The position numbers and the translations under genes are program-made. The notes beneath the pieces were generated by a model. The model had not been told where the DNA came from, did not search any database, and saw nothing but the letters and a program-made list of their open reading frames with translations. Shown here in pieces: positions 13,873 through 29,220 of a DNA stretch of 64,000 nt. Every line of letters begins with the position of its first letter. The first letter of the stretch is position 1. The stretch comes from the human T2T-CHM13v2.0 reference genome, Homo sapiens: assembly GCF_009914755.1 (NCBI RefSeq), contig NC_060947.1; one strand, written 5' to 3'.

Positions 13873-16800
13873 TCAGCATTCTTAAAGAAAAAAATGCTAG
13901 CCAAGAATTTCATATCCTAACAAACTATGTTTCATAACTGAAGGGAAAATAAAATCTTTCCAAAACAAGCAATTACTAAGGGAATTCATCACCACCAGAC
14001 CAGCCTTACAAGTGATACTTAAGGGAGTTGTAAACATGGAAACAAAATAATGGTACTTGCTATCATAAAAGCACATGCAAGCACAGAACCCACAAAGCCC
14101 AAAAGCAACTCTATAGTTGAGACTACAGAACAACTAGCTAACAAGTTGTTACAAAACTACACATGTCCATATTAATCTAAAAAGTAAATGACCTAAATGC
14201 TCCACTTAAAAGACATAGAGTGGCAAATTGGATTTTAAAAAGCAAGACTCATTCTTCTGCTGTCTTCAAGAGACCCATGTCACATGTAGTGGAACCCACA
14301 GGCTCAAAGTAAATGGATGGCAACAGATTTATCACAACAAATTCAAAACAATAAAGAGGAGGGGCCACTAATCTTATAGCAGATAAAATAGACTTTAAAC
14401 CAACAATAGAAACAAAAAAAAGGACAAAGGGGGCATTATGTAATAATCAAGGGTTCAACTCAACAAGAAGACTTAACTACGTAAATATATATTCAACTAA
14501 CGTTGGAGCACCCATAAAACAATTACTTCTAGACCTAACAAAAGACTTTAACAGACAGTAATGGGGGACTTCAAAACCCTACTGATAACATTAGACAGAT
14601 GATTGCAGCAGGAAACCAACAAAGAAATTCTAGTCTTAAATTCAATACTTGACCCATTAGACCTGATAGACATCTACAGAATACTCCACCCAATAACTAC
14701 AGAATGTACATTCTTCTCATCTACACATGGAACATATTCTAGGATTAAACACATGCTCAATCACAAAGTGAGTCTTAATAAATTAAAAAAATCTGAAATC
14801 ATGCCAAGCATCGTCTGTGATCACAGTGAACAAAAATGGAAATCAATACCAAAAGGAATTCTAAAAAACCACACAAATACATGGAAACTAAACAACTTGG
14901 TCCTAAATGACTTTTGAGTAAACAAAAAAATTAAGGGAGAAATAAATTCGCTGAAAAAAAAATGAAAATAGACACACAACATACCAAAACCTGTGGGATA
15001 TGGCAAAAACTGTGCTAAGAGAAAAGTTTATATTGTTATATGTCCACATAAAGAAGATAGAAACATCTCAAACTGATGATCTAACATCACATCTAGAGGA
15101 AGTAGAAAAACAAGAACTCAACCTAAAGCTAGCAAAAGAAAAGAAATAACTAAAATCAGAGCAGATCTAAATGAAATTGTGACCCAAAAAACCATAAAAA
15201 GGATTGTGACAAAAAGTTGGTCTGTTGAAAGGATAAACAGGATAGATAATTAGATTAATAAAGAAAAAGAGAAGATCTAAATAAGCACAATCAGAAATAT
15301 TAAAGGTGACATCACAACTGTTATCACAGAAATACGAAAGATCAGCAGAGTGTATTATGGACACCTCTATGCACACAAACTAGAAAATCAAGAAGAAGTG
15401 GATAAATGCCTGGAAACACACAACCTCCCAAGATTGATACAGGAAGAAACAGAAATCCTGAACCAACTAATAATGAGTAATGAAATTGAATCAGTAATTT
15501 AAAAAATCCACCAACCAAAAAATGCTATGGACCAGGTAGATTCACAGCCAAATTCTACCAGACATACAATGAAGAGCTGGTACAAATCCTACTGAAACTA
15601 TTCCAAAAATCGAGCAGAAGGGACTCCTCCCTAACCAAAATCTGGCAAAAACACAACACCTACACCCAAATCTGGTAAAAACACAACAAAAGAAGAAAAC
15701 TGCGGTCACTATCCCTGACGAACGTAGATGTAAAAATCCTGAACAAAATTCTAGCAAACTAAATCCAGCAAAACATCAGAAAGTTAATTCACCATGACCA
15801 AGTGGGCTTAATCCCTGGGAAGCAAGGGTGGTTCAACATACACAAATCAATAAATGTGATTTACCACATAAACAGAATAGAAAACAAAAAACATCTGATC
15901 ATCTCAGTAGACACAGAAGAGGCCTTTGAAAAAATCCAACGTACCTTCATGATAAACACCCTCAAGAGACAAGGCATCAAAAGAATATACCTCAAAATAA
16001 GAGCCATCTAGGACAAACCCACAGCCAACATCAGACTGAATGAGCAAAAGCTGGAAGCATTCCCCTTAAGAACTGGAACAGATAAAGATGCCCACTCTCA
16101 CCACTTCTATTCAACATAGTACTGGAAGTCCTAGCCTGAGCAATCAGGCAAGACAAATAAATAAAAGGCATTCAAATGGGAAAAGAGGAAGTCAAATGAT
16201 CTCTCTTCACTGATTACATGATTCTATACCTAGAAAACACTAAAGATTCTATGAAAAAACTCCTAGAACTGGTGACTCAGCACTCTCAGGATACAAAACC
16301 AATGTACACAAATCAGTATCATTTCTATTCACCAATAATGTTTAAGCTGAGAACCAAATCAAGAATGCAATCCCATTGCCAATAGTCACACATACACACA
16401 CACACACACAAACTACCCAGAAATACATCTAACCAAGGAGGTGAAACATCTCTATGAGGACAACTACAAAACACTTCTAAACAAAATTATAGATGATACA
16501 AATGGAAAAACATTCCATGGATCATGGATTCAAAGAACGAATATTGTTAAAGTGTCTGTACTGCCCAAAGCAATCTACAGATTCAGTAGTATTCCTATCA
16601 AATTACTGATATCATTTTTCACAGAATTAGAAAACGATTCTAAAATTCACATGGAACCTAAAAAGAGCCTGAATAGCAAAGGAAATCCTAAGCAAAAAGA
16701 ATGAAACTGGGGGCATCACATTACCTGACTTAAAACTATACTAAAAGGCTACAGTAACCAAAACAGCATGGTACTGGTGCAAAAATATAGGCATAGACCA

Positions 16801-17735
16801 GTGGAACAGAATAGAGCCTCCTGCAATAAAGCTGCATACTGATCTTAAACAAAGTTGACAAAAATAAACAATGGAGAAAGAACTCCCTATTCAACAAATG
16901 GTGCTGGGATAACTGGCTAACCATATGCAGAAGAATGAAACTGTACCATTACCTTTCACCATATACAAAAATTAACTCAAGATGGATTAAATCCTTAAAT
17001 ATAAGACCTCAAACTATAAAAATCCTAGAAGAAAACCTTGGAAATACTCTTGTAGATGTTGGCTTCTGCAAAGTATGATGAAGACCCTGAAAACAAAGGT
17101 GACAAAATCAAAAACAGACAAATGGGACTTAATTAAAGAGCTTCTGCACAGCAAAAGAAACTATCAAGAGATTATATAGACAACCCACAGAATGGGAGAA
17201 AATATTTGCAAACTATGATTCCAGCAAATGACTAATATCCAGAACCTTTAAGGAACTTAAAAAAATCAATGAGAAAAAAAACCCATTAAAAAGTGGGCAA
17301 AGGACATAAACAGACACTTCACAAAAGACATACAAGTGACCAACAGACATAAAAAAAATCACTAAGCATCAGAGAGATGCAAATGAAAACCACACTGAGA
17401 TACCATCTCACACCAGTCAGAATGACTATTATTAAAAAGTAAAAAAAATAACAGATGCTGGTGAGGCTGTGGAGAAAAGTGAACATTCATACAATGGTGG
17501 TAGGCATGTAAATTAGTTCAGCCACTGTGGAAAGCAGTTTGGAGATTTATCAAAGAACTAAAACTAGAATTGCCATTCAACCCTACAATCTCATTACTGA
17601 GTATATACACAGAGGAAAATAAATTATTTTACCAAAAAGACACATGCATTTGTATGTCTATCACAGCATTATTCACAATAGCAAAGATATGGGATCTACC
17701 TGGTTGCCCATCAATGATAGATTGGATAAAATAAA

Positions 17736-17737
<2 letters not shown>

Positions 17738-17786
<49 letters not shown>

Positions 17787-17792
17787 TACATA
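17738..17792. repeat. (TA)n(CA)n compound microsatellite in L1
   Basis: Direct reading. Confidence 0.95.
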
Positions 17793-17830
17793 CATTACAG
17801 AATACTATGCAGCCATAAAAAGAATGAAAT

Positions 17831-18517
17831 TGTTAGAGTAGGTAGTTAGGCAGATATGTGCAGAGCAGGAGAGCTCCCCTCCCACTCAGGAATGTCAGGC
17901 GACCATCAGGTGATGATCGGGTTGTTGTTAAACAATCTCACTAAAACAATAATTGGTCACAGCCGGCACCAAGGAAAGACAGTCTCCAATAGATAGAAAA
18001 CAGCTGAAGCTGGTGATCAGCAGCTTCCCACTAAGATCTCAAGAGTTGGGGGAAGAGGCTCAAACATGCACACTAAGAGGCAAAATAGTGGAGTTTAACC
18101 AGTATATGACCTCCCTCTAAGAATCCTAGATTGAAAAGGGAAAATCGCCTCGAGTGAGCATACACACAACTTCAATAAACACACTGCACATGCAGCCCAT
18201 CCCAAGTGCTGGCAGGCCACCATATATGCAGACAGCCTTCTCCAAGGGAAGAATGAAGGGAGAAGAAACACAAACCCTGGAACCATGCCAATGTATAAAA
18301 CCCCAAGGCAATGGCCAAATGGGGCACTTGGATCTCTTAAGTCACCTGCTTGGCCCTCTTCCAAGTGTACTTTACTTTCTTTCACTCCTGCTCTAAAACT
18401 TGCCTCAGTTTCTCCTTCTGACTTAAACCTGTTTCTGTCCCTTAGCTGAATATTCTTTCCTCTGAGGAGGCAAGGATCGAATTTGCTGCAGACTCATCAA
18501 ATTTGCTGCTCCTAACA
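17831..18517 (+). mobile_element. MER50-like ERV1 solo LTR inserted in the end of L1 ORF2
   Basis: TGTTAG...CTAACA termini, perfect 4-bp TSD AAAT (17827-17830 and 18518-18521), and TATAAAA near 18294. Confidence 0.9.
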
Positions 18518-19410
18518 AAATCTTGTCCTTTGCAGCAACATGGATCCAGTTAGAGGACATTATCCTCAGTGAATTTATACAGAAACAGAAAACCAAATAC
18601 TGCATATTCTCACTTATAAGTAGGAGCTAAACATTGGGTACAATCGGACACAAAGATGGGAACAATAGACACTGAGGACGCCAAAAAAAAAGGGAGGGAG
18701 TCTGGCAAGGACTGAAAAACTCTCTACTAAGTACTTTGTTGCTACTTTGGTGGCGGGATCATTAGAAGCCCAAACTTCAGCATCACAGAATATACGCATG
18801 TAACAAGCCTGAACATACACCCTTTTAATCTAAAATTTTTAAAAAAAATTATTTTTAAATATATAACTTAAAAAATTGGAAGCCCTGAAATCCTTTTCCC
18901 AAAAATAAGGAAAATAATTTGGACAACTCTTCAATACAAAAATGATGCAAGTCACCTTCTTTTATGACCAACAATAATATTAATTTCCTACAGGAAACTT
19001 AAAAGGAATCAAACACATATTCTATCATTCCACATATCCCTTTTGGATTTTATACAAAGTAATCAAATGAGTATTTCCTGTTAATTTGAGAAATTTAAAT
19101 TGACTATCTGCCAATACTCGACAAGTCATTTAGTAAAAGCTTTCCTTTATCATTGTAAAAGTACGATACTCCTTCAATGTTGATTGTTGTGAGATATTTA
19201 ATTTCCTATCTACTCAAAAGAAAACATTGTAGATCTAGTGGAGAAAGTCTCATTAAGCTCCGAAATTAAATCTCAACTGCAAACAAGTGCGCTTAATCTC
19301 ATCTCCATAAGATTTTCATCTTCAAGTGACTTAAAGATTTATATATACTTAGTGTATAATCATTCAGATGAGATTAGATATTAATAAAGAATATTAAAAA
19401 AAAAAATTCT

Positions 19411-19744
<334 letters not shown>

Positions 19745-19794
19745 TTAAACCTTAGAGTCTCAGATTCTAACACGGGATAAGAAGTATCTTCCCA

Positions 19795-22700
19795 GGGGGT
19801 AGGGCCAAGATAGCTGACTAGAAACAGCGGCGATCTGAGGCTACCACTGAGAAAAACCATAATAAGCGTGTGAATCCTTACCAGCAACCAAGCTATGGAG
19901 GTTCTCTCATCAGAACTGACTAGGAGGCTGGCGTGATCCACGGAGAGGCAGGAAGAGCAGTGTGGTGAGGGGTGGCCCACCTGAGAGCCACAAGAGGCAG
20001 GGGAGCCCCCACTCCCACAATGAAGGGGGCAGTGAGTGAGTGTGCTACCCAGCCAGGGAAACTGTGCTTTTTTCCCAGAACTGTGCAACCCACGGATTGG
20101 AAGATCCCACTTGCAAACCCACACCACCGGGGCCTAGCATCCCAACCCGGGAGTCACGCAGATTCTCAACAGCCTATCAGCTGGAATCTGCTTAAGCCTA
20201 CCGAGCTCCTGCGGGGAGGGGTGACCAGGCCACAGCTGAGGCTGCCTGCTGTCTAAGCCGTTTGAGCTCCTTGGGGGAGGGGCAGCAGCAGCCAGCACTG
20301 GGACTGATAACTGCCTAATAAGCTAAACTTTCTGGGCGAGAGAAGGGTGGCACTCATCTCTATAGCTCCAGGCCATGCTTTTCCCCTGCTGGAGCCAGGG
20401 AGGCTGGACAGCTTGGTCCCAAGACATGCCCCCCACAGCCCAGCACACCCGCTGTGGCAGACTGCAGCCAGAGGGCCTCTTCAGGACTGACCCTGACACA
20501 TCCTTCCTCACTGGGTGGGAATTCCCCGCAGGAACTCCAATAACTTCAGCCAGAGGCTCAGGGACAGAACCCAGATCTCCCTGGGCCTTAGACCCTAGGG
20601 GGAGGGGTGGCCACAGTTTCTGTGGACCAGCAGACTTAGCCTTTCCTCCTGGTAATTCTGAGGAATCCAGGCAGCCCAGACAAATGGGTTTTCCCCTAGC
20701 AAAACTCACCCCCTCCACCAAGGGACAGTAAAAGTACTTTGTTAAACGGGTCCTGTTCCCATGCCACCCAACTAGGTGAGACCCTCCAACAGGGGTTCTC
20801 AGACACCCTATACAGGAGCAATCCCACTGGCATCAGATTGGTGCCCCTTGAGTCAGCGGTCCCAGAAGGAGCAGGCACCCATCTTTGCTGTTCTCCAGCC
20901 TCCTTCAGTGACATCTCCAGGCACGGGAGCGAACCAGATGAATAGGGCTTGAAGTGAACCCCTAGAAAATGGCAGCAGACTTACAGAAGAGGGACCTGAC
21001 CATTGAAAGAAAAACAAACAGAAAGCAACAACAGAATCAGCAACAACAAAATGGTCCCCACAAAACCCTATCCAAGGGTCAGCAGCCGCAAAGATTGAAA
21101 CTGGACAAACTCACGAAGATGAGAAAGAATCAATGAAAAAAACACTGAAAACCCAAAGGCCAGAGTGCCTGTTCTCCTCCAAATTATTGCAACATCTCTC
21201 CAGTGAGGGCGCAGAACTGGAAAGAGGCTGAGATGGACAAATTGACAGAAGTAGGCTTCAGAAGATGGGTAATAAAAAACTACAGTGAGCTAAAGGAACA
21301 TGTTCTAACCTAATGCAAAGAAGCTAAGAACCTTGATAAAAGGTTAGAAGAGCTGCTAACTAGAATAATCAGTTTAGAGAGGAACATAAATGACCTGATG
21401 GAGCTGAAAAACACATCAAAATAACTTTGTGAAGCATACGCAAGTATCAATAGCTAAATCAACCAAATTGAAAAAAAGGATATCAGAATTTGAAGACCAA
21501 CTTGCTGAAATAAGGCACGCAGACAAGACTAGAGAAAAAAGAATGAAAAGGAATGAACAAAGCCTCCAAGAAATATGGGATTTCATTAAAAGACCAAAAC
21601 TGTCATTGACTGGAATACCTGAAGGAGACAGGTAGAATGAAAACAAGCTGGAAAACACTTCAGGATATTATCCAGGAGAACTTCCCCAACCTAGCAAGAC
21701 AGACCAACATGCAAATTCAGGAAATACAGAGAACACCACTAAGATACTCCATGAGAAGATCAACCCCAAGAAACTTAATCATCAGATTCTCTAAGGTTGA
21801 AATGAAGGGGAAAATGTTAAGGGCAGCCAGAGAGAAAGGACAGGTCACCTAAAAAGGGAAGCCTATCAGACTAACAGTGGACCTCTCAGCAGAAACTCTA
21901 CAAGCCAGAAGAGATTGTGGGCCAATATTCAACTTTCTTAAAGAAAAGAATTTTCAACCCAGAATTTCATATCCAGTCAAACTAAGCTTCATAAGCAAAA
22001 GGGAAATAAAATCCTTTCCAGACAAGCAAATGCTGAGGGGTTTTGTTACCACCAGGCCTGCCCTGCAAGAGCTCCTGAAAGAAGCAGTAAATACGGAAAG
22101 GAAAAATGGATAGCAGCCACTGCAAAACCACACCAATTATAAAGATCAAACTGTATCAACTAGTGTGCAAAATAACCAGATAAGATCATGAAGACAGGAT
22201 TAAATCCACACATAACAATACTAAACTTAAATGTAAATGGATTAAATGCCTCAATTAAAAGAAACAGACTGCTGTGCTGTATTCAGGAGTCCCATCTCAT
22301 GTGCAAAGACAGACAAAACAAAGGGATGGAGGAAAACTTCCCAAGCAAATGGAAAGAAAAAAAAAAGCAAGGGTTGCAATCCTAGTCTCTGACAAAACAG
22401 ACTTTAAACCAACAAAAATCACAAACAACAAAGACGGGCATTACATAATGGTAAAGGGAACTAAAGCTAACTATTCTAAATATATATGCACCCAATACAG
22501 GAGCACCCAGATTCATAAAACAAGTTATTAGAGACCTACAAAGAGACTTAGACTCCCACACAATAATAGTGGGAGACTTTAACACTCCACTGTCAATATT
22601 AGACAGATCGACGAGACAGAAAATTAACAAGGATATTCAGGACATGGACTCAGCTCTGGATCAAGTGGACCTAACAGACATCTACAAAACTCTCCACCCC

Positions 22701-25700
22701 TATTCAATAGAATATACATTCTTCTCAGTGCCACATGGCACTTATTCTAAAATAGACCACATAATTGGAAGTAAAACACTCCTCAGAAAATGCAAAAGAA
22801 CGGAAATCATAACAAACAGTATCTCAGACCACAGTGCAATCAAATTAGAACTCAGGATTAAGAAACTCACTTAAAACCACACAATTACATGGAAATTAAA
22901 CAATTTTAATTTGCTCCTGAATGGAAACTTAACAATTTTAATTGCTCCTGAATGACTCCTGGGAAAATAATCAAATTAAGACAGAAATCAAGAATTTCCT
23001 TGAAGCCAATAAGAACAAAGAGACAATGTATCAGAATCTCTGGGACACAGCTAAAGCAGTGTTAAGAGCGAAATTTATAGCACTAAATGCCCGTATCAGA
23101 AAGCCGGAAAGATCTAAAATTGACACCCTAACATCACAATTAAAAGAGCTAGAAAGGCAAGAGCAAACTAATCCAAAAGCTAGCAGGAAACAAGAAAAAA
23201 CTAAGATCAGAGAAGAATTGAAGGAGATAGAGACACGAAAAGACCTCTAAAAAATCAACGAATCCAGGAGCTGTTTTTTTTTTTTTTGAAAAAATTAACA
23301 AAATAGATAGACTACTAGCTAGACTAGAGAGAAAAGTCAAATAGACACAATAAAAAATGATAAAGGGTATATCACCACTGACCTCACAGAAATGCAAACT
23401 ACTATCAGAGAATACTATAAACACCTCTGTGAAAATAAACTAGAAAGTCTAGAAGAAATAAATAAATTCGTGGACACATACACCCTCCCAAGACTAAACC
23501 AGGAAGAAGCCAAATCTCTGAATAGACCCATAACAAGTTTTGAAATTTGAGGCAGTAATTAATAGCCTACCAAAAAAAGAAAGCTCAGGACCAGATAGTT
23601 TCAAAGCCAAATTCTACCAGAGTACAAAGAGGAGCTGGTACCATTCCTTTTGAAACTATTCCAACAATTGAAAAGGAGGGACTCCTCCCTAACTCATTTT
23701 ATGAAGCCAGGATCATCCTGATACAAAACCGGGAAGAGACACAAAAAGAAAAGAAAACTTCAGACCAATATCCCTGATGAACATCGATGCAAAAATCCTC
23801 AGTAAAATACTGGCAAACCGAAACCAGTGGCATATCAAAAAAGTTATCTACCACAATCAGGTCAGCTTCATCTCTGGGATGCAAGGCTGGTTCAACATAA
23901 GCAAATCAATATACGTAATCCATCACGTAAATAGAACCAAAGACAAAAAACACATGATTATCTCAATAGATGCATAAAAGGCCTTTGATAAAATTCAACA
24001 TCCTTTCATGTTAAAAACTCTCAATAAACTAGGTATTGAAGGAAAATATCTCAAAATAATAAGAGCTATTTATGACAAAACCGCAGCCAATATCTACTGA
24101 ATGGGCAAAACCTGGAAGCATTCCCTTTGAAAACCAGTACAAGACAAGGATGCCCTCTGTCACCACTCCTATTCAACATAGTATTGGAAGTTCTGGCCAG
24201 GGCAATCAGGCAAGAGAAAGCAATAAAGGGTATTCAAATAGGAAGAGAGGAAGTCAACTTGTCTCTGTTTGCAGATGACATGATTTTATATTTAGAAAAT
24301 CCCATCATCTAAGCTCAAAAACTCTTTAAGCTGGTAAGCAACTTCAGCAAAGTTTCAGGATACAAAATCTATTTGCAAAAATCACAAGCATTCCTTTACA
24401 CCAACAATAGACAAGCAGAGAGCCAAATCACGAATGAACTCCCATTCACAATTGCTATAAAGAGATTAAAATACGTAGGAATACAGCTAACAAGGGATGT
24501 GAAGGACCTCTTCAAGGAGAACCACAAACCAAAACCACTGTTCAAGGAAATAAGAGAGGACACTAACAAATAGAAAAACATCCCATCCTCATGGATAGAA
24601 ATAATCAATATTGTGAAAATGGCCATACTGCCCAAAGTAATTTATAGATTCAATGCTATTCCCATCAAACTACCATTGCTATTCTTTACAGAATTAGAAA
24701 AAACTACTTTAAATTTCATATGGAATCAAAGAAGACCCCATATAGCCAAGACAATCCTAAGCAAAAAGAACAAAGCTGGAGGCATCACACTACCTGACTT
24801 CAAAGTATACTACAAGGCTACAGTAACAAAAACAGCATGGTACTGGTACCCAAACAGACATATAGACCAATGGAACAGAACAGAGACCTCAGAAATAACA
24901 CCACACATCTACAACCATCTGATCTTTGAGAAACCTGACAAAAACAAGCAATGGGGAAAGGATCTGCTATTCAATAACTGATGCTGGGAAAACTGGCTAG
25001 CCATATGCAGAAAACTGAAACTGGATGCCTTCCTTACACCTTATACAAAAATTAACTCAAGATGGATTAAAGACTTAAATGTAAAACCCAAAACCATAAA
25101 AAGCCTAGAAGAAAACCTAGGCAATATCATTCAGGACATAGGCATGGGCAAAGACTTCATGACAAAAATGCCAAAAGCAATTGCAACAAAAGCCAAAATT
25201 GACAAACGGGATCTAATTAAACTAAAGAGCTTCTGCACAGCAAAAGAAACCATCATCAGAGTGAACAGGCAACCTACAGAATGGGAGAAAACTTTTGCAA
25301 TCTATCTACCTGACAAAGGTCTAATATCCATAATTTACAAGGAACTTAAACAAATTTACAAGAAAAAAAAACAAACAACTCCATCAAAAAGTGGGCAAAG
25401 GATAGGAACAGACACTTCTCAAAAGAAGACATTCACATGGCCAACCAATATGTGAAAAGAAGTTCAACATCACTGATCAATAGAGAAATGCAAATCAAAA
25501 CCACAATAAGATACCATCTCATCCCAGTCAGAATGGTGATTATTAAAAAGTCAAGAAACAATAGATGCTGGTGGCTGTGAAGAAATAGGAATGCTTTTAC
25601 ACTGTTGGTGGGAATGTAAATTAGTTCAACCATTGTGGAAGACAGTATGGCAATTCCTCAAGGATCTAGAACCAGAAATACCATTTGACCCAGCAATCCC

Positions 25701-26194
25701 ACTAATGGGTATATACCCAAAGGAATATAAATTATTCTGCTATAAAGACACATGCACACGTATGTTTATTGCAACAACATTTACAATAGCAAAGTCACGG
25801 AACCAACCTAAATGCCCATCAGTGATAGACCTGATAAAGAAAATGTGGTACACATATACCATGGAATACTATGCAACCACAAAAAGGAATGAGATTATGT
25901 CCTTTGCAGGGACATGGATGAAGCTAGAAGCCATTGTCCTCAGCAAACTAACAAAGGAACAGAAAACTAAACACCGCATGTTTTCACTCATAAGTGGAAG
26001 TTGAACAATGAGAACACATGGACACAGGGAGGGGAACAACATACACCATGGCTGGTTGGGGGGTGGGGGACAAGGGAGGGAAGTTAGGGGATGGGTCAAT
26101 AGGTGCAGCAAACCATCATGGCACCCGTATACCTATGTAACAAACCTGTATGTTCTGCACATGTATCATGGAACTTAAAGTAAAATTTTTAAAA
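19795..26194 (+). mobile_element. Full-length dead LINE-1 (L1PA12-like)
   Basis: 5'UTR begins ggggg...ggccaagatagctgactagaa. ORF1 and ORF2 remnants ([50 protein letters not shown]), short L1PA12-type 3'UTR, and degenerate TSD aagaa..cttccca (19779-19794 and 26195-26208). Confidence 0.95.
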
Positions 26195-26484
26195 AAGAAA
26201 CCTTCCCATATATCTTCCCTATATCTTCCCATCACCCCCACCCCACCCTGAACTCCCCGGCTCCTGTTAACCACTATTTTACTCTCTGTTTCCATGTATT
26301 TGATTTTTTAGGACATTTTTTATATGGATGCAGGAATGAAAAACCATACAATTGGCTGCTGATATGCATAATGTGTAAATAAAACGAATCAATGTTTGTG
26401 GCGTATGAGTTTTTATACTTCTCAAATACCTCCCCAATCTGCTCACTGATGCTTATAAAATGTAATTCCTCTAATATGAATAAA

Positions 26485-26935
26485 AATAGTTAGCATTTAT
26501 ATTGTACATGCAGTGTGCAGAGAATTCTATGATGTGATTTCCATATATTAACTAATTTCACCCTCACATTACCCAGTGAATATATATTGTTATTATCCCC
26601 ATTTTACATATTTGGAGACTAAGGCAATCATAGAATAAACAAATTGTCTGAGGTTGCAATAACTAAAGGTAGAATGATACAATAAGAATAACAATGATAA
26701 TATTAGATAACAGTATTGATAGCTACCATTTACTGAATCCTTATGTAAGAATTAAGCATTCAAATTTACATTTAATTATCACAATGTTGCTACAAAGCAG
26801 ACCTTATTTTCAGAAATAAATAGGTTCTGAGAAGTAAATAAATTTTCTTATGTTCCCCCAGCTGATTAGATGGCATAATCGGGATTAAAATGCACATCCT
26901 TCTGATTCTAAGGCTGATCTCTTTCAACGATGAGG
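26485..26935 (-). mobile_element. Two MIR fragments
   Basis: attatccccattttacatatttggagactaaggc; atagctaccatttactga...gggattaaaatgcacatccttctgattcta. Confidence 0.65.
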
Positions 26936-28244
26936 CATTTTACCTCCACAAATAACAGTAATAGTAACACACTGACCTAATTCACTCTACAGCTTGAGTA
27001 ATGAGCATCAAAGTTTTCTCTGAAATTAGATTTTAAAATAGCACTGTGGTGAATGTGAAGGAACTGAGTGAAAAAGAAGACATCTCACAAATTCTGGGCA
27101 CTCTGCTCTTTGTGGCCATCAAAACAAGTCCACATGTTTGCTACTGATGTTTAGTTCTATTCTCTGATCTACTTGTGCATATTTAAGTAAGAAGTGTTTT
27201 TTTAAATGGAATAGATCCTACGGGTTTTGCTTTATTCTCCTGCTTGTCATTTTACATTTCTCATTATTTTTTAAATGATGAAATGAATGTCCTTTACTTA
27301 TGTCTTTAAAATCACTTTTAGTGTATATCTTCAATTTTAGTGCTACTAACTGCCATTGCTCATAGCTTTGAGCCAGTAATCAAGAGGCATATGTTCTGTT
27401 CATTGATCACTATTGACTTACTAACTACACAAAGCCAAATCCTCCAAATGAAAAATAAATAATAGTTGTTACATCATGCCAATATTTCATGCACACTTTA
27501 ATGTTTACCTAGTTATTTGGGAAGTGCTAAACAACTGACAGAGGTTTTCACTTTTTATCTTGTTAACAACCTGTAGGCTGCCATTTGAGATAGTGAAAGG
27601 CTCATTTCCGTCTATTTAATCATCGATAAACAGGTATGAAATTCACACACAAAATACCTATCAGAGTTTTGGCTTAGAAAATGCCATATAAGTAGAAAAT
27701 AATGAATGGTTTTAGCGTACAAATTCTAAACATAGCCCTATATATTATCAAGTAGAAATACATGCTTTGAACAAATTATCACATTGAGTGATATAAATGT
27801 AAAATAAAATAATATTGTCTGGAATTTAACTTTCATTCTATGTTGGAATGAATTCAATTTAATTCTCAAATATTCAATAATTCTTCAATGACTTGGCATT
27901 TTTGTAGAAGACAGGGACAGAAAATGGATGAGAAATTTTCAATTTACCAATAAGATTTACTTATAAGTTTCACTTTCAAATCAATTATTTTTAAGCTGCC
28001 TAATCCCTCTTCTGTTGCAACTAACCCTTCCGTGCCTTATCCCACAGAGTGCTCCAAATTCTGAAATTATCTACCTCCTTTTTTAAAGTGTAGCAAAATA
28101 TCTCTTTTTGAGAGAACAGTGGCCTGGGCATTTTAATCGCATTCATAACAGTTCAGTAATCCATTTTCTTCTCTAACACACTCAGTTAAAACAAATCCTT
28201 ATAAATTATTTATGCAGCTATTAAAGTTTATATTAATAACATAA

Positions 28245-28562
<318 letters not shown>

Positions 28563-29220
28563 CCAGACAAAGTTTTGAACTCTATTTTCTCAGAGCTCCA
28601 AATAAAAATGTTAAGGTGTTTTAAGTAGCCACTTTTAAGTAGGGATATTTGTTAAATATAAAACAAATAAACAACAAAGATGAAAATAAAAGAGTTGAAA
28701 AGGAAGAGATAATTTTAAAACATGGAAAGAGCATTGAGTTTATTTTTATACTGTCAATAATGAGTATTTTTCCCTAATTGACTTCTTAATAAATAGGTCA
28801 CACATGACATATGATCTGTTCTCTGTTCTATAAATGGCTTTGGGAATATAATTAAAACATTAGGGCTTACTCTAATAAATTTGTCTCACCTCTTCAAGGA
28901 AAGACTGGAAAGACTGACCAGTTAAAGATTGAAAGATGAGTAGGAATAAGTATTCTCCTTCTCCTTCTTTTCTCTTAAATTTCACATTAAATTCCTAGGT
29001 CCCCAGTAGACCACCTTTGAAGGAGGAGAAGCCAATTACTTCTCTGATGACACCAAATTACTAGACATCAATTCTGACTGTTGTGGTTTTGGAGGGTCTA
29101 GGATTAATGAATGGAATGACATCACTGTTTGGAGTTAGGATGTGAGCAAAGTAATTGGCCAAACTTAGCCATAATATTATCTTTTTTATCTGACAAAATT
29201 GAAACTAGTAGTTGGCTAAT

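Noticed and set aside
21100-26004. Reverse transcriptase/endonuclease peptides suggesting an active retroelement or novel RT system
   Set aside because: Ordinary L1 ORF1/ORF2 with many stops and frameshifts.
26053-26096. G-run cluster (possible G-quadruplex)
   Set aside because: Standard polypurine tract of the L1 3'UTR.
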